NCBI GenBank assembly: GCA_965215605.1
Contig: OZ244070.1
Span: 3,895,973 to 3,959,972 of the forward strand
DNA length: 64,000 nucleotides
From: an uncultured Candidatus Binatia bacterium
Lineage (GTDB): Bacteria > Desulfobacterota > Binatia > UBA9968 > JAJDTQ01
Reading direction: 5' to 3'
Of the stretch, positions 1-10,486 are shown in pieces (positions within the stretch are counted from its first letter, which is position 1; every line of letters starts with the position of its first letter). Below the pieces are notes generated by a model. The model saw only the letters and a program-made list of their open reading frames with translations, ran no database searches and was not told where the DNA came from. The translations under genes and the position numbers were made by a program.

Positions 1-39
1 CCTGGGGAACGGAAGCTGAAGCACGAAGGCGGGTGAACC

Positions 40-1692
40 ATGGCGAAGGTGATGCACTACGACGGCGTGGTAATCGGCGCGGGCCACAACGGCATGATCT
101 GCGCCGGCTACCTGGGCAAATCCGGCCAGAAGATCCTCGTCGTCGAGAAGAACATGGAGGTGGGCGGAGGACTGGACTCTCACGAGGACCGGAACTATCC
201 GGGATTCTGGCACAACATCCACTCCGTGTTCCACCGCGGGCTCATGATGCTGCCCTGGTTCCAGGACCTGGAGATGGAGCGCATGGGCATCCACTACTAC
301 AAGCCCGACCCCGGGGTGGTGCAGCACTTCCTCGACCGCACCTACCTGGGCTGGTTCGCCGACGTGGAGCGGACCATCTCCACCATCGAGCAGATGTCCC
401 GGAAGGACGCCGACACCTTCCGGGACATCTGGACCCGCTGGCAGCCGGTGGTGAAGAACATCGTCTTCCCCGAGACCTACTGCCCGCCCGTCCCCATGAG
501 CGAGAAGCGGCCCCTGCTGGCGGGGCTGCCCGAGGGCCGGGAATACCTGCGCTACTTCGACACCACGCCGGAGCAGTTCATCCTGGAGCACTTCGAGAAC
601 ACCCGGGTGCGGGCCTTCATCGGCTTCCTGGCGGTGATGCGGGGCTATGAGCTGGACGCGCCCAACACCGGCTACCTGGTGCCTGCCATGATCGCCTGGG
701 GCGTCAACCCTCAGCTCTGCCGCGGCACCTCTCACGCCTTGGGCGACAACCTCGCGCACATGCTGTCGCACAACGGCGTGGACTACATCGAGGCGGTAGG
801 GGTCGAACGGATCCTGGTGGATGGCGGGCGCGCCACCGGAGTGGTGCTGGAGGACGGCACGGTGGTGCACGCCAACCGCTTCGTCGCCTCCAACGTCAAC
901 CCGGTGGAGACCTTCATCAAGCTGGTGGGGTCGGAGAACCTGGACGCCGGGTTCAGCGCCAAGGCGGCGGGGTTCAAGTTCTCCAAGACCACCCCGATCT
1001 TCGCCACCAACCTGGCGCTCAACGAGCGGCCCCGCTACCTCACCGAGGACGAGCATCCCGAAGTGGCCGACAGCTTCATGCACATCGTCGGCCTGGAGAC
1101 CTACGAGGAACTGCGCAACCTGTTCGACGACTGCCGCTCAGGGCAACTGCCGCGGAAACCCTTCATGAACGGCGCCACCCCCTCGCACCACGACCCGACC
1201 CAGGCGCCGCCGGGCAAGGCCACCGCGTTCATGTGGCAACTCGCCACGTACAACCTGTGGGGCAATCCGCTCAACTGGGACAAGGCCAGGAGCGAGTGGT
1301 TCGAGCGGCAACTCGGCGTGTGGCGCCAGTACGCTCCCAACCTCACCGACGACAACATCCTGTCGCGGGACTCGACCACCCCGCTGGACATCGAGCGCCA
1401 CGACCGAAACATGTACGAGGGCGACTGGATGGTGGGGGAGTACACCGGCGACCAGGCGCTGGAGAACCGCCCCTTCCCCGGCTGGGGCCACTACCGCACG
1501 CCGGTCTCCGGCCTCTACCTGTGCGGCTCCTCGACCCATCCCGGCGGCAACATCACCGGCGCGCCGGGATACAACGCCGCCCAGACCATCGCCCGGGACC
1601 TGGGCCTGAAGCTATGGTGGGAACCCCTCGATCTGCGGCGGCAGCTCCAGGAGATGAACGAGCGGGCTGCGGCCAGCAGCGCGGCGGGGTAG
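40..1692 (+). CDS. FAD-dependent oxidoreductase, phytoene desaturase-like (COG1233)
   Basis: N-terminal VIGAGHNG dinucleotide-binding motif and C-terminal YRTPVSGLYLCGSSTHPGG.ITGAPG motif; 550 aa. Confidence 0.85.
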   Translation: MAKVMHYDGVVIGAGHNGMICAGYLGKSGQKILVVEKNMEVGGGLDSHEDRNYPGFWHNIHSVFHRGLMMLPWFQDLEMERMGIHYYKPDPGVVQHFLDRTYLGWFADVERTISTIEQMSRKDADTFRDIWTRWQPVVKNIVFPETYCPPVPMSEKRPLLAGLPEGREYLRYFDTTPEQFILEHFENTRVRAFIGFLAVMRGYELDAPNTGYLVPAMIAWGVNPQLCRGTSHALGDNLAHMLSHNGVDYIEAVGVERILVDGGRATGVVLEDGTVVHANRFVASNVNPVETFIKLVGSENLDAGFSAKAAGFKFSKTTPIFATNLALNERPRYLTEDEHPEVADSFMHIVGLETYEELRNLFDDCRSGQLPRKPFMNGATPSHHDPTQAPPGKATAFMWQLATYNLWGNPLNWDKARSEWFERQLGVWRQYAPNLTDDNILSRDSTTPLDIERHDRNMYEGDWMVGEYTGDQALENRPFPGWGHYRTPVSGLYLCGSSTHPGGNITGAPGYNAAQTIARDLGLKLWWEPLDLRRQLQEMNERAAASSAAG

Positions 1693-1723
1693 CGACGCCA
1701 GGAACCGTCATTGCAGGCAGGAC

Positions 1724-2470
1724 ATGGGACGTCTCGATAACAAGGTTGCCATCGTGACCGGCGGAGCCCGCAACATCGGAGCGGTGTATGCGAAGACGCT
1801 GGCGGCCGAAGGCGCGCGCGTGGTCATCGCGGACGTGCTGGACGGCTCCGCCGCCGCTGAAGCCATCGTGGCCGCCGGCGGCGAGGCCGTGGCCGTCGAG
1901 GTCGACGTTTCCCGGGAAGACGACACGCTGCGCATGGCCAAGACGGCCATGGACGCCTTCGGGCGCATCGACGTGCTGGTGAACAACGCCGCCATCTACG
2001 TCAGCATCCAGCGGCGACCGTTCCACGAGATCTCCGCGGAAGAGTGGGACCGGGTCACGGCGGTGAACATCAAAGGGGTGTTCCTGTGCGCCAAGGCCGT
2101 GTTCCCGCACATGCGCGACCAGGGCGGCGGCCGCATCATCAACATCTCCTCCAACACGGTGATGGCCGGCACGCCCAACTTCCTGCACTACGTCGCGTCC
2201 AAGTCCGCGCTCATCGGCATGACCCGGTCCATGGCCCGGGAGATGGGTTCGTACGGCATCCGTGTCAACGCCATCGCCCCCGGCCTGGTGGAGCACGAGG
2301 GCCAATCCGTGCCCCCGGAGCTGTCCGCCAGCCGCGTGAGCGCCCGCTCCATCCAGCGCCGGCAGACACCCGAGGACCTCACCGGCGCCGTCCTCTACCT
2401 CGCCGCGTCGGACAGCGACTTCGTTACCGGCCAGACCCTGGTGGTGGACGGCGGCGACATCCTGTACTGA
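1724..2470 (+). CDS. SDR family oxidoreductase
   Basis: TGGARNIG, NNAA, YVASK catalytic motif, VDGG C-terminus. Confidence 0.92.
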   Translation: MGRLDNKVAIVTGGARNIGAVYAKTLAAEGARVVIADVLDGSAAAEAIVAAGGEAVAVEVDVSREDDTLRMAKTAMDAFGRIDVLVNNAAIYVSIQRRPFHEISAEEWDRVTAVNIKGVFLCAKAVFPHMRDQGGGRIINISSNTVMAGTPNFLHYVASKSALIGMTRSMAREMGSYGIRVNAIAPGLVEHEGQSVPPELSASRVSARSIQRRQTPEDLTGAVLYLAASDSDFVTGQTLVVDGGDILY

Positions 2471-2558
2471 TGCAATCCACATGCGGGCAAGGCTGCATGC
2501 CCTCGCTCCCGTAAGGGTCGGCACCGCCCGGTAGATCACATCGCTAACACGCACGCCC

Positions 2559-4004
2559 ATGCCCAAGAGCCTGCGCACCTTTCTCGACGACCTGCGGCGC
2601 CAGCGCCCCGGGGAACTCGTGCACGTCACCAAGCCGGTGAACCCCGCGCGGCACGACGTTTCCGCCCTCGTCGCCCAGTTGGCCGAGCGCAAACAGTTCC
2701 CGGTGCTGCTGTTCGAGTGTCCGAAGAACCTTCACGAGAACACATCGGGAATCAGGCTCGCCATGAACTGCGAAGTCTCCATGGGCAAGTTCCAGACCGC
2801 CCTGGGCGTGCCACCGGAGACCACCCGGGCGGACCTGGCGCTGGAGTGCCTGCGCCGGGAGGCCAATCCCATCGCCCCGGTGGTGGTGGAACCGTCCGCG
2901 GCGCCGGTCAAGGAAGTGATCCAACGCGGCGCGGAGGTAGACCTGTTCGAGCTGCCGGTCATGCGCCACCACGCCCTGGACGGCGGTCCCTACATCGACA
3001 TGCCGAGCCTCGGGATTGACCGCCGGTCGGGGGTGTACAATGTCTCGTACCACCGCATGGAGGTGAAGGACCGGAACCACACCGGCTTCTACCTGTCGTT
3101 GCAGCACATGTGGCGCATCTTCCGGGACTACGAGGACCACGGCGAGGAATGCCCGGTGGCGGCGGTGAGCGGACACCACCCTGCCTTCAACATCGGCGCC
3201 TGCTACCGGGGGCCGTTCGAGGCCGACGAGCTCGACGTCATCGGCGGCTACCTGCGGGAGCCGCTGCGGCTGACCCCGTCGGAGACCTTCGGCGACCGGC
3301 TGATGGTGCCGGCGGACGCGGAGGTCGTCATCGAGGGGGTGCTGCTGCCCGGCAAACGCGTGGTGGAGGGGCCGTTCGGGGAGGTCCACGGCTACGTGGG
3401 GCCGCAAGGATTTCGCCAAGCCGCCTCGCTGGAGGTGCACGCGGTCACCCGCCGGCGGGACGCCATCCACCAGTCGGTCATCACCCCGGACGGCGACAAG
3501 CCGTGGATGGACCTGGCGCGGGAGGGCGCATACCTGCGGCGCTGCCGCGAGGCCGTACCCGGGGTAACGGCGGTGTGCAAAAACGGGCGGCACGCCCTCA
3601 TGAACGTGTTCATCGCCATGAAGAAGATGTCCGAGGGGGACCCGGGGCGGGCGGCGGCCGCGGCGTTGAGCTTCGACCAGTGCAAGCACGTCTTCATCTT
3701 CGACGACGACATCGACATCTACAACCCCACCGAGATCCTCTGGGCGCTGGCCACCCGGGTCCAGCCCCACCGGCAGGTGTCGCTCATCACCGACCTCATG
3801 CGCGGCCCCTTGATCGACCCCTCCATGGACGAGGGAATCCGCACTTCGGCCATGATCGTCGACGCCACCCGGCCGCTGGACCGGCCTTTCTCACCCGTGT
3901 CCAGATGCCCCGACGAGGCCATGGCGCGGATCCGGGTGGAAGACTATCTGCCCCGGAAGGTGGTGGATGCGATCCCGGTGGACCGTACTACCTACTGGAG
4001 CTGA
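2559..4004 (+). CDS. UbiD family (prFMN-dependent) decarboxylase
   Basis: SLRTFL N-terminus, YHRM, EGPFGE.HGY, DDDIDI...ILWALATR, IVDATRP motifs. Confidence 0.92.
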   Translation: MPKSLRTFLDDLRRQRPGELVHVTKPVNPARHDVSALVAQLAERKQFPVLLFECPKNLHENTSGIRLAMNCEVSMGKFQTALGVPPETTRADLALECLRREANPIAPVVVEPSAAPVKEVIQRGAEVDLFELPVMRHHALDGGPYIDMPSLGIDRRSGVYNVSYHRMEVKDRNHTGFYLSLQHMWRIFRDYEDHGEECPVAAVSGHHPAFNIGACYRGPFEADELDVIGGYLREPLRLTPSETFGDRLMVPADAEVVIEGVLLPGKRVVEGPFGEVHGYVGPQGFRQAASLEVHAVTRRRDAIHQSVITPDGDKPWMDLAREGAYLRRCREAVPGVTAVCKNGRHALMNVFIAMKKMSEGDPGRAAAAALSFDQCKHVFIFDDDIDIYNPTEILWALATRVQPHRQVSLITDLMRGPLIDPSMDEGIRTSAMIVDATRPLDRPFSPVSRCPDEAMARIRVEDYLPRKVVDAIPVDRTTYWS

Positions 4005-4099
4005 TGCCGCGTAGGGGCAGGGTTCGAACCGGTCCCTGTTTTGCATCGGCATGGTGAATCCGGTACACCCGGAGCCATACATCCAGCGAAAGGACCCCT

Positions 4100-5023
4100 A
4101 TGCGACTAGGACTGCCCGATTTCGTTTCCAACTCCTACTTCCCCGCCATTGCCGCGGTGGAGCTGGGCTTCTTCAAGGCGGAGGGCCTGGACATGGAGCT
4201 GGAGTCCATCTTTCCGGTGCCCAAGACCTTCGAGACCCTGAGGGACCACGAGCTCGACTTCGTGGCCGCTTCGTCCCACGCCACCCTCACGGCCTTCCCG
4301 GACTGGAAGGGCGCCAAGCTCCTGGCCGCTCTGGCCCAGCACATGTACTGGTTTCTGGTGCTGCGGTCCGACCTGGGCGCCAGACGCGGCGACGTCGAGG
4401 CCGTCAAGGGCCTCCGCATCGGCGCCGCTCCGGGCGTGGACCTCGGACTCAAGCGGATGCTGGCGGCCGCCGGGCTGGATCCCGTGGCCGACAACATCCA
4501 GATCGCTCCGGTGCCCGGGGCCACCGCTCCCGGCGTCTCCTTCGGCGTGACCGCGGCCAAGGCCCTTTCCGAAGGCGCCATCGACGGCTTCTGGGCCAAC
4601 GGTATGGGGGCCGAGGTGGCGGTGCGGCACGGCGCCGGCACCGTCGTGCTGGACATCCGGCGCGGCGAGGGCCCCGCCGAGGCGCGCGGCTACACCTTCC
4701 CTGCCCTGATCACCTCGGACCGGGTGATCGCCGACAACCCCGACGCGGCCGCGGCCGCGGTGCGGGCGCTGGTCAAGACCCAGAAGGCGCTGGCGGAGGA
4801 CCCGCAGCGGGCGGCGGACGTGGGCAAGGCCCTGTACCCGCCCGAGGAGGCCGGGCTCATCGCCACCCTCATCGAACGCGACATCCCCTACTACGATCCC
4901 AGGATCCCGGAGCCGGTGGTGTCCAGCATGAACCGGTTCGCCCAGGATATAGGCCTGCTCTCCGCGCCCGTGCCCTACGAGGACGTGGTGGCGGTGCAGT
5001 TCAGTCACCTGTGGGAAGGCTGA
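4100..5023 (+). CDS. SsuA/TauA/NMT1-like periplasmic-binding-fold protein, no signal peptide
   Basis: YFPAIAAVELGFFKAEGLDME, VKGLRIG, GAIDGFW; AAGGA RBS upstream of ATG 4100. Confidence 0.75.
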   Translation: MRLGLPDFVSNSYFPAIAAVELGFFKAEGLDMELESIFPVPKTFETLRDHELDFVAASSHATLTAFPDWKGAKLLAALAQHMYWFLVLRSDLGARRGDVEAVKGLRIGAAPGVDLGLKRMLAAAGLDPVADNIQIAPVPGATAPGVSFGVTAAKALSEGAIDGFWANGMGAEVAVRHGAGTVVLDIRRGEGPAEARGYTFPALITSDRVIADNPDAAAAAVRALVKTQKALAEDPQRAADVGKALYPPEEAGLIATLIERDIPYYDPRIPEPVVSSMNRFAQDIGLLSAPVPYEDVVAVQFSHLWEG

Positions 5024-5052
5024 CCCAACCGCTTTTCACGGAAGGAACCCCT

Positions 5053-5841
5053 ATGGACCTCTCACGCTTTTCTCTGGAAGGACGCACCACCATCATCACC
5101 GGCGGCAGCGGCGGCATCGGCCGCTGCTGCGCGCTCGCCTTCGCCCAGGCGGGCTCCAACGTCATGATCGCCTCGCTGCCGGCGGAGTCGATACCGCCGG
5201 TGGTACAGGAGATCGAAGCCCTGGGCGCCGGCGCGGCGGGCCTGGCGGCGGACGTGTCCAGCGAAGACCAGGTCAAGGATCTGGTGGCTGCCACCCTGGA
5301 CCGGTTCGGCCGCATCGACGCGCTCCTGAACGTCGCCGGCGGCTCCTACAGCCGCAACCCGGAGATGCCGGCGTTCCAGCGCGGGACGCTGCTGGAACTC
5401 TCGCCCGAGGACTTCATGGGCGTCTATGACGTCAACGTCAAGACCGCTTTCCTGTGCTCCAAGGCGGTGGTGCCGCACATGAAGGAACGCGGCAAGGGCG
5501 CCATCGTCAACATCGGCTCCATATCCGGCCGCTCCACCAAGCACGAGCGGCCCAACATGGCCGCCTACGGGACCGCCAAGGCGGCCGTCATGAACCTGAC
5601 TTTCCACATGGCCAACCAATGGGGGCCGGAGGTGCGAGTGAACGCGGTGGCGCCGGGGATCATCGACACGCCGCGGCCGGGAGGAACGAGCCTGGCACGG
5701 CTGGAGTCGGAAGGCCTGGAGAACATCGCGCTGGGACGCCACGGCAAGCCCGACGAGGTGGCCGGCGTCGCGCTGTTCCTGGCGTCCGACGCGGCCTCGT
5801 TCGTGAACGGTTCGGTAGTGGACGTGAACGGAGGCGAATAG
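5053..5841 (+). CDS. SDR family oxidoreductase
   Basis: 3' part of ORF 4051..5841; start MDLSRFSLEG after GAAGGA RBS; TGGSGGIG, YGTAK, VNGG. Confidence 0.9.
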   Translation: MDLSRFSLEGRTTIITGGSGGIGRCCALAFAQAGSNVMIASLPAESIPPVVQEIEALGAGAAGLAADVSSEDQVKDLVAATLDRFGRIDALLNVAGGSYSRNPEMPAFQRGTLLELSPEDFMGVYDVNVKTAFLCSKAVVPHMKERGKGAIVNIGSISGRSTKHERPNMAAYGTAKAAVMNLTFHMANQWGPEVRVNAVAPGIIDTPRPGGTSLARLESEGLENIALGRHGKPDEVAGVALFLASDAASFVNGSVVDVNGGE

Positions 5842-5850
5842 CCCCCCGGA

Positions 5851-8025
5851 TTACGGACTGGCCCGCGTATCCGAGGCCGCCGGCCCCGGACCCTCCGGGT
5901 TCCGGGTCACCTCGATGAAGTCCGCGAGGATGTGGGCGGCCTCGTTCAGGATCGGATCCTCTTGGCCTGACACACCCGGACCTGTCCTCTTCTCGTTGTA
6001 GGCCACCAGCTCCGCATAGCTTGCAAACGGTTTCCGGCCCTTGGCCACACGGCGGCGATTCTCGCTTCCGAGCTGCCGGAGCTCGTCGCCCCGTTTCCGG
6101 GCTCTTCGCGTTTCCTCTTTCAGTGAGATGGCGGTCTCGGCCCGTTCCCGCTCGAGACGGTCGATCATGGCCAGGAGGTAGGCGAGGTCCGGGTCCGACT
6201 TCGCGCGGACACGGTGTCGCTCCGCCAGTGTTCCGACAAAGGGGCTGGTCCTGCCGGCGGGAGAATACCGGGTCTTGTCGATGGCGTCCCACGCCAGGGC
6301 ATGCTCCAGGGAACTCTCGCCGACCTGCGACTTGTCGATGAGGCCGGGGAGCTCGATGTCGGGTATCACGCCGCGGTTCTGGGTGCCTTCCCCGGAGATC
6401 CGGTAGAACTTGGCCTGGGTAAGCTTCAGACGTCCCCGGCCAACCGGAATGAGCGTCTGCACCGTCCCCTTCCCGAACGTCTGGCCGCCCACCACCAGCC
6501 CCCGGCCGTAATCCTGGATGGCCGCGGCAAAGATCTCGGAGGCGGAGGCGCTGAGGCGGTTCACCAAGACCGCCAGCGGCCCGGTGTAGGCGACCTTTCC
6601 GTCCGTATCCGAATGAACGCGGATAAGGCCCCGGCTGTTCCGGACCTGCACCACCGGACCCTTGTTGATGAACAGGCTCACCAGCGCGATGGCCTCCCGG
6701 AGCGCCCCGCCGCCGTTGTCCCGCAAATCGATCACCAGTCCGCTGACGCCCGCCTCCTGCAACTCCGCGACCAACCGCTTCACATCGCCGGCCGTGCTCT
6801 TGAAGTTGGGGTCTCCGGCCTTGAGGGCGGCGAAGTCCAGATAGAATCCGGGCACGCGGATGGTCCCGATCTTCCGTGTACGGCCGCCGACCTTTACTTC
6901 CCGGATGCTGCGGCTCGCCTTCTGATCGTCGAGATCCACCTTGTTGCGCACGATGCGGATGAGCTTCCGTTGCTCCGTGGTGCCGATCTGGGAAATGATC
7001 TCCAGACGCACGGTGGTCTCTCTGGGACCGCGAATCAGTGCAACCACGTCCCGCAGACGCATGCCGAGGACGTCCACGATCTCCCCCTGCTCGCCCTGTC
7101 CGACGCCGACGATGCGATCCCCCGGCTGCAGGTCGCCGGCCTTGTCCGCGGGTCCGCCGGCAACCAGCCGCACCACCTTGACGATCTCGCCGTCCGCCTG
7201 CAGCACGGCGCCGATCCCCTCCAGCGACAAGCTCATGTGAATATTGAAATTTTCGCTTTGATGAGGCGGAAAATACACGGAATGCGGATCAATGGCGCGG
7301 AGGAAGGCATTCATGTACACGCGGAACGCATCGGTGCTGTTGACTTGACCGAGGCGGACGAGCTGGTTGCCGTAACGCCGTCGAAGGGCGGTCTGGACCT
7401 CTTCCCGTTCGGTCCCGGCCAGCAGGCGGCTCAACACGTCGTTCTTGACCTGCCGGCGCCAACGGGTCTTCAACTCGGCCTCCGACGCGACCCAGGAATC
7501 GCGCTTCTGCGCAAGCGTCTCGTCCTTGCGGAAATCCAGGGCGTCGAACTCGTGATCGATGAGGCCGGCGATGAACCGGAGGCGCTCCGCCAACCGTTGC
7601 CGGTAGCGGTTGAACATCCCGAAGGCGGGGCCCAAGTCTCCCGCCTTGAGCAGATCGTCGAACCGGGACCTGTAGGCTTCGAACTCCCGGATGTCCGAGG
7701 ACCGGAAGTAGCTTCGCGACGGGTCCATGGCCCTCAGGTAGGAATCGAAGATCCTGCCGGAAACCTGATCGTTCAGGATGATGGAGTTGTAGTGTCCACG
7801 GGACAGGCGGCGGAGAATCTCCTTGCCGAGAGCGGACTGTTGGGCGTCGGGCGAGAGATCGGCCAGCACCGGCGGCGGCGCCGTTTCGGCCCACGTCAGG
7901 CTCGCGAGGAACCAGAACGCAATCACGCACCAGCAACCGGCGCGCGGGCGCCAACGACGCGGCGGCCTTCGGACGGGCAGTACAGAATTCACAGGGTTCA
8001 GTCTAGACCAACGCCGGTTCTCCAT
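5851..8025 (-). CDS. prc: Tail-specific (carboxy-terminal processing) protease, S41A
   Basis: DPHS.YF, LEGIGA PDZ motif, IDLRDNGGG, SASASEIFA (catalytic Ser), GKGTVQ (catalytic Lys); hydrophobic signal-like segment; start codon uncertain. Confidence 0.9.
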   Translation of the reverse strand: MENRRWSRLNPVNSVLPVRRPPRRWRPRAGCWCVIAFWFLASLTWAETAPPPVLADLSPDAQQSALGKEILRRLSRGHYNSIILNDQVSGRIFDSYLRAMDPSRSYFRSSDIREFEAYRSRFDDLLKAGDLGPAFGMFNRYRQRLAERLRFIAGLIDHEFDALDFRKDETLAQKRDSWVASEAELKTRWRRQVKNDVLSRLLAGTEREEVQTALRRRYGNQLVRLGQVNSTDAFRVYMNAFLRAIDPHSVYFPPHQSENFNIHMSLSLEGIGAVLQADGEIVKVVRLVAGGPADKAGDLQPGDRIVGVGQGEQGEIVDVLGMRLRDVVALIRGPRETTVRLEIISQIGTTEQRKLIRIVRNKVDLDDQKASRSIREVKVGGRTRKIGTIRVPGFYLDFAALKAGDPNFKSTAGDVKRLVAELQEAGVSGLVIDLRDNGGGALREAIALVSLFINKGPVVQVRNSRGLIRVHSDTDGKVAYTGPLAVLVNRLSASASEIFAAAIQDYGRGLVVGGQTFGKGTVQTLIPVGRGRLKLTQAKFYRISGEGTQNRGVIPDIELPGLIDKSQVGESSLEHALAWDAIDKTRYSPAGRTSPFVGTLAERHRVRAKSDPDLAYLLAMIDRLERERAETAISLKEETRRARKRGDELRQLGSENRRRVAKGRKPFASYAELVAYNEKRTGPGVSGQEDPILNEAAHILADFIEVTRNPEGPGPAASDTRASP

Positions 8026-8135
8026 CAAGGATGCAGCGACCTCTCGGCGGCCCCCTGCTCCATGTTGCGTCACCCGGTCTTTCGCGGTAGCCTTTGAAAA
8101 GCACCGTATCGCCCGTCCTCCGAAGGAACGGAATC

Positions 8136-9284
8136 GTGAAACTGCCTCGCAATCCCACTCGCTCCGTGCGCATCGGCACCACCGTCATCGGCGGGGACCA
8201 CCCCATCGCGGTGCAAAGCATGTGCGCCACCCATACCCAGGACGTCGAGGCGACCGTGGCGCAGGTCAACGACCTGGCCCGGGCCGGCGCCGACGTGGTC
8301 CGCATCGCGGTCGACAGCAGGAAGGACGCGGCGGCGCTGGCGGCCATCCGCGACGCCACCGAAGCCAACCTCTCGGTGGACCTCCAGGAGAACTACCGGC
8401 TCGCCAGCGCGGTGGCGCCGCACGTGGACAAGATCCGCTACAACCCCGGCCACCTCTATCACCACGAGCGCCAGAAGGCCTGGCAGGACAAGGTCCGGTT
8501 CCTGGCGGAGGTGGCGGCGGCCAACGACTGCGCCATGCGCGTGGGAGTGAACTGCGGCTCGGTGGACCCCGCCCAGCAGGAGAAGTTTCCCGAAGACGAC
8601 TCCATCTCGCCCATGCTGACCAGCGCGTGGGAGCACTGCGAGTTGTTGGACAGCCTGGGTTTCACCCGCTACTGCGTCTCGCTCAAGGACTCGGATCCGG
8701 CCAAGGTCATCGAGGTCAACAAGCGCTTCGCGGACCGGCGCCCGGACGTGCCGCTCCACCTCGGCGTCACCGAGGCGGGGTTGCCGCCGGATGGGGTGAT
8801 CAAGACGCGCATCGCCTTCGAGCAGCTCATCAGCCGGGGCATCGGCGACACCATCCGGGTGTCCCTGACCGTCCCCAACCCGCGAAAGCCGGAGGAGATC
8901 GCCGCCGGACGCGAGATCTTGGCGGACATCGCCGAAGGCCGCGTGCGCAGTGTCGTCGACTACGGCCGGGACAGCCTCAACATCATCAGTTGTCCGAGCT
9001 GCTCGCGGGTGGAGAACGAGAACTTCGTGGAGTTGGCGCAGCAGGTCAAGGAGATGACCGCCTACGCCGCCGACCATGCCGTCACCATCGCGGTCATGGG
9101 CTGCCGCGTCAACGGCCCCGGCGAAACCGACGACGCCGACCTCGGACTGTGGTGCGGCCCCAGGTTCGTCAACCTCAAGCGCGGCAGCGAGCCGCTGGGG
9201 GCGTTCCCCTACGACGAGATCCTCCCGCGTCTCAGGGAAGAGCTCGACACCATCATCGCCGGGCGGGCGGACGCCTCCGGATGA
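8136..9284 (+). CDS. ispG: (E)-4-hydroxy-3-methylbut-2-enyl-diphosphate synthase
   Basis: [47 protein letters not shown] and [10 protein letters not shown] Fe-S ligands; GTG start after AAGGA. Confidence 0.96.
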   Translation: MKLPRNPTRSVRIGTTVIGGDHPIAVQSMCATHTQDVEATVAQVNDLARAGADVVRIAVDSRKDAAALAAIRDATEANLSVDLQENYRLASAVAPHVDKIRYNPGHLYHHERQKAWQDKVRFLAEVAAANDCAMRVGVNCGSVDPAQQEKFPEDDSISPMLTSAWEHCELLDSLGFTRYCVSLKDSDPAKVIEVNKRFADRRPDVPLHLGVTEAGLPPDGVIKTRIAFEQLISRGIGDTIRVSLTVPNPRKPEEIAAGREILADIAEGRVRSVVDYGRDSLNIISCPSCSRVENENFVELAQQVKEMTAYAADHAVTIAVMGCRVNGPGETDDADLGLWCGPRFVNLKRGSEPLGAFPYDEILPRLREELDTIIAGRADASG

Positions 9285-9315
9285 CGCCCTCGCGGCGCGC
9301 GACTCCCTTCACCCC

Positions 9316-10479
9316 ATGAGTTTCTGGAACCGCATCGACAGACCCATCATCGGCCTCTCGCCCATGGACGGGGTCACGGACGCCTCTTTCCGGCTGGTGG
9401 CGGCCCGGCACGGACGGCCGGACCTGTGCATGACCGAGTTCACCAGCGTGGAGGCCGTCTGCCACGGCGCGAACGGGTGGGTGCGGGACTTTTCCTACGG
9501 CGAGTGCGAGCGCCCCGTGCTGGCGCAAATCTACGGCCGCACCCCGCAGGCCTTCTATCAGGTGGCGCACATCGTCGGCGAGCTCGGATTCGACGGCCTG
9601 GACATCAACATGGGATGCCCGGCCAAGAACGTCGCCAACAAGGGATGCGGCGCCGGGCTCATCCTCGATCCCGAGCTGGCGGTGGCCATCATCCGCGCCG
9701 CGCGCCAGGGGCTGGAGGATTGGGCTGAGGGGCAGCGCCTGGAAGACGCCGGGCTTGCGCCCGAAGTGCTGGAGCAGGTCCGCCGGCTGAACCGCGGACG
9801 CATGCGGCCGGTCCACCGGCCGTTGCTCCCGCTCTCGGTCAAGACCCGTGTGGGATACGACAAGGTGGCGGTGGACGAATGGATTCCCGTCCTGTTGGGC
9901 GAGGAACCGGCGGCCATCTCGCTGCACGGGCGGACCTTGAAGCAGATGTACAAGGGGTTCGCGGACTGGGACGCCATCCATCGGGCAGTGGAGTTGGCCT
10001 GGGGCCTGCCGACGCTGGTCCTGGGGAACGGGGACATCAAATCCATGTCGGACGCGGTGGAGCGGGTCCGGCAGACCGGCGTCGACGGCGTGCTGCTGGG
10101 GCGCGGCGCCATGGGCAACCCCTGGGTCTTCCGTGACAAGCAATGGGCCAAGGATACGCTGGCGGGAATCACGCGTCCGGCCCGCGCCGGGCTCGACGTA
10201 ACCCGGGAAGAACGGACGAGGGTGTTGCTGGAGCACAGCCGCCACTTCGAAGGCCTTTGGGGCGAACGGCGCTTTCCCGCCATGCGCAAGCATCTGGCCT
10301 GGTACTGCAAGGGATTCCACGGCGCGGCGCAGTGGCGGGCGCAACTGGTCCGGGCCCGGAACGCCGAGGAAGTCGAGCGCATCGTGGCAGCCGGAGACAC
10401 CGGGGCGCCGCGCGCGGACACGAGGTTCCCATCACCCGATCATGACAACGCCGCCCTGGCCGGCTCCGGACCGGGCTGA
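9316..10479 (+). CDS. tRNA-dihydrouridine synthase family protein
   Basis: LSPMDGVTD, DINMGCPA, SVKTR, LHGRT, GNGDI, GRGAMGNPW, MRKHLAWY. Confidence 0.92.
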   Translation: MSFWNRIDRPIIGLSPMDGVTDASFRLVAARHGRPDLCMTEFTSVEAVCHGANGWVRDFSYGECERPVLAQIYGRTPQAFYQVAHIVGELGFDGLDINMGCPAKNVANKGCGAGLILDPELAVAIIRAARQGLEDWAEGQRLEDAGLAPEVLEQVRRLNRGRMRPVHRPLLPLSVKTRVGYDKVAVDEWIPVLLGEEPAAISLHGRTLKQMYKGFADWDAIHRAVELAWGLPTLVLGNGDIKSMSDAVERVRQTGVDGVLLGRGAMGNPWVFRDKQWAKDTLAGITRPARAGLDVTREERTRVLLEHSRHFEGLWGERRFPAMRKHLAWYCKGFHGAAQWRAQLVRARNAEEVERIVAAGDTGAPRADTRFPSPDHDNAALAGSGPG

Positions 10480-10486
10480 CCCCTGC

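Noticed and set aside
40-1692. Carotenoid biosynthesis (crtI/crtO) assignment
   Set aside because: No crtB, crtE or crtY is nearby and the context is catabolic, so only the broad COG1233 family call is supported.
4011-4038. GTAGGGGCAGGGTTCGAACCGGTCCCT, resembling a tRNA T-arm or att remnant
   Set aside because: No cloverleaf, CCA end or integrase is nearby. It is at most a degenerate GTAG-type REP hairpin, with no clear second copy.
4051-5841. Possible SBP-SDR fusion or programmed frameshift
   Set aside because: The SBP-fold gene has its own stop (5023) and the SDR has its own RBS and ATG (5053); no slippery site was seen.
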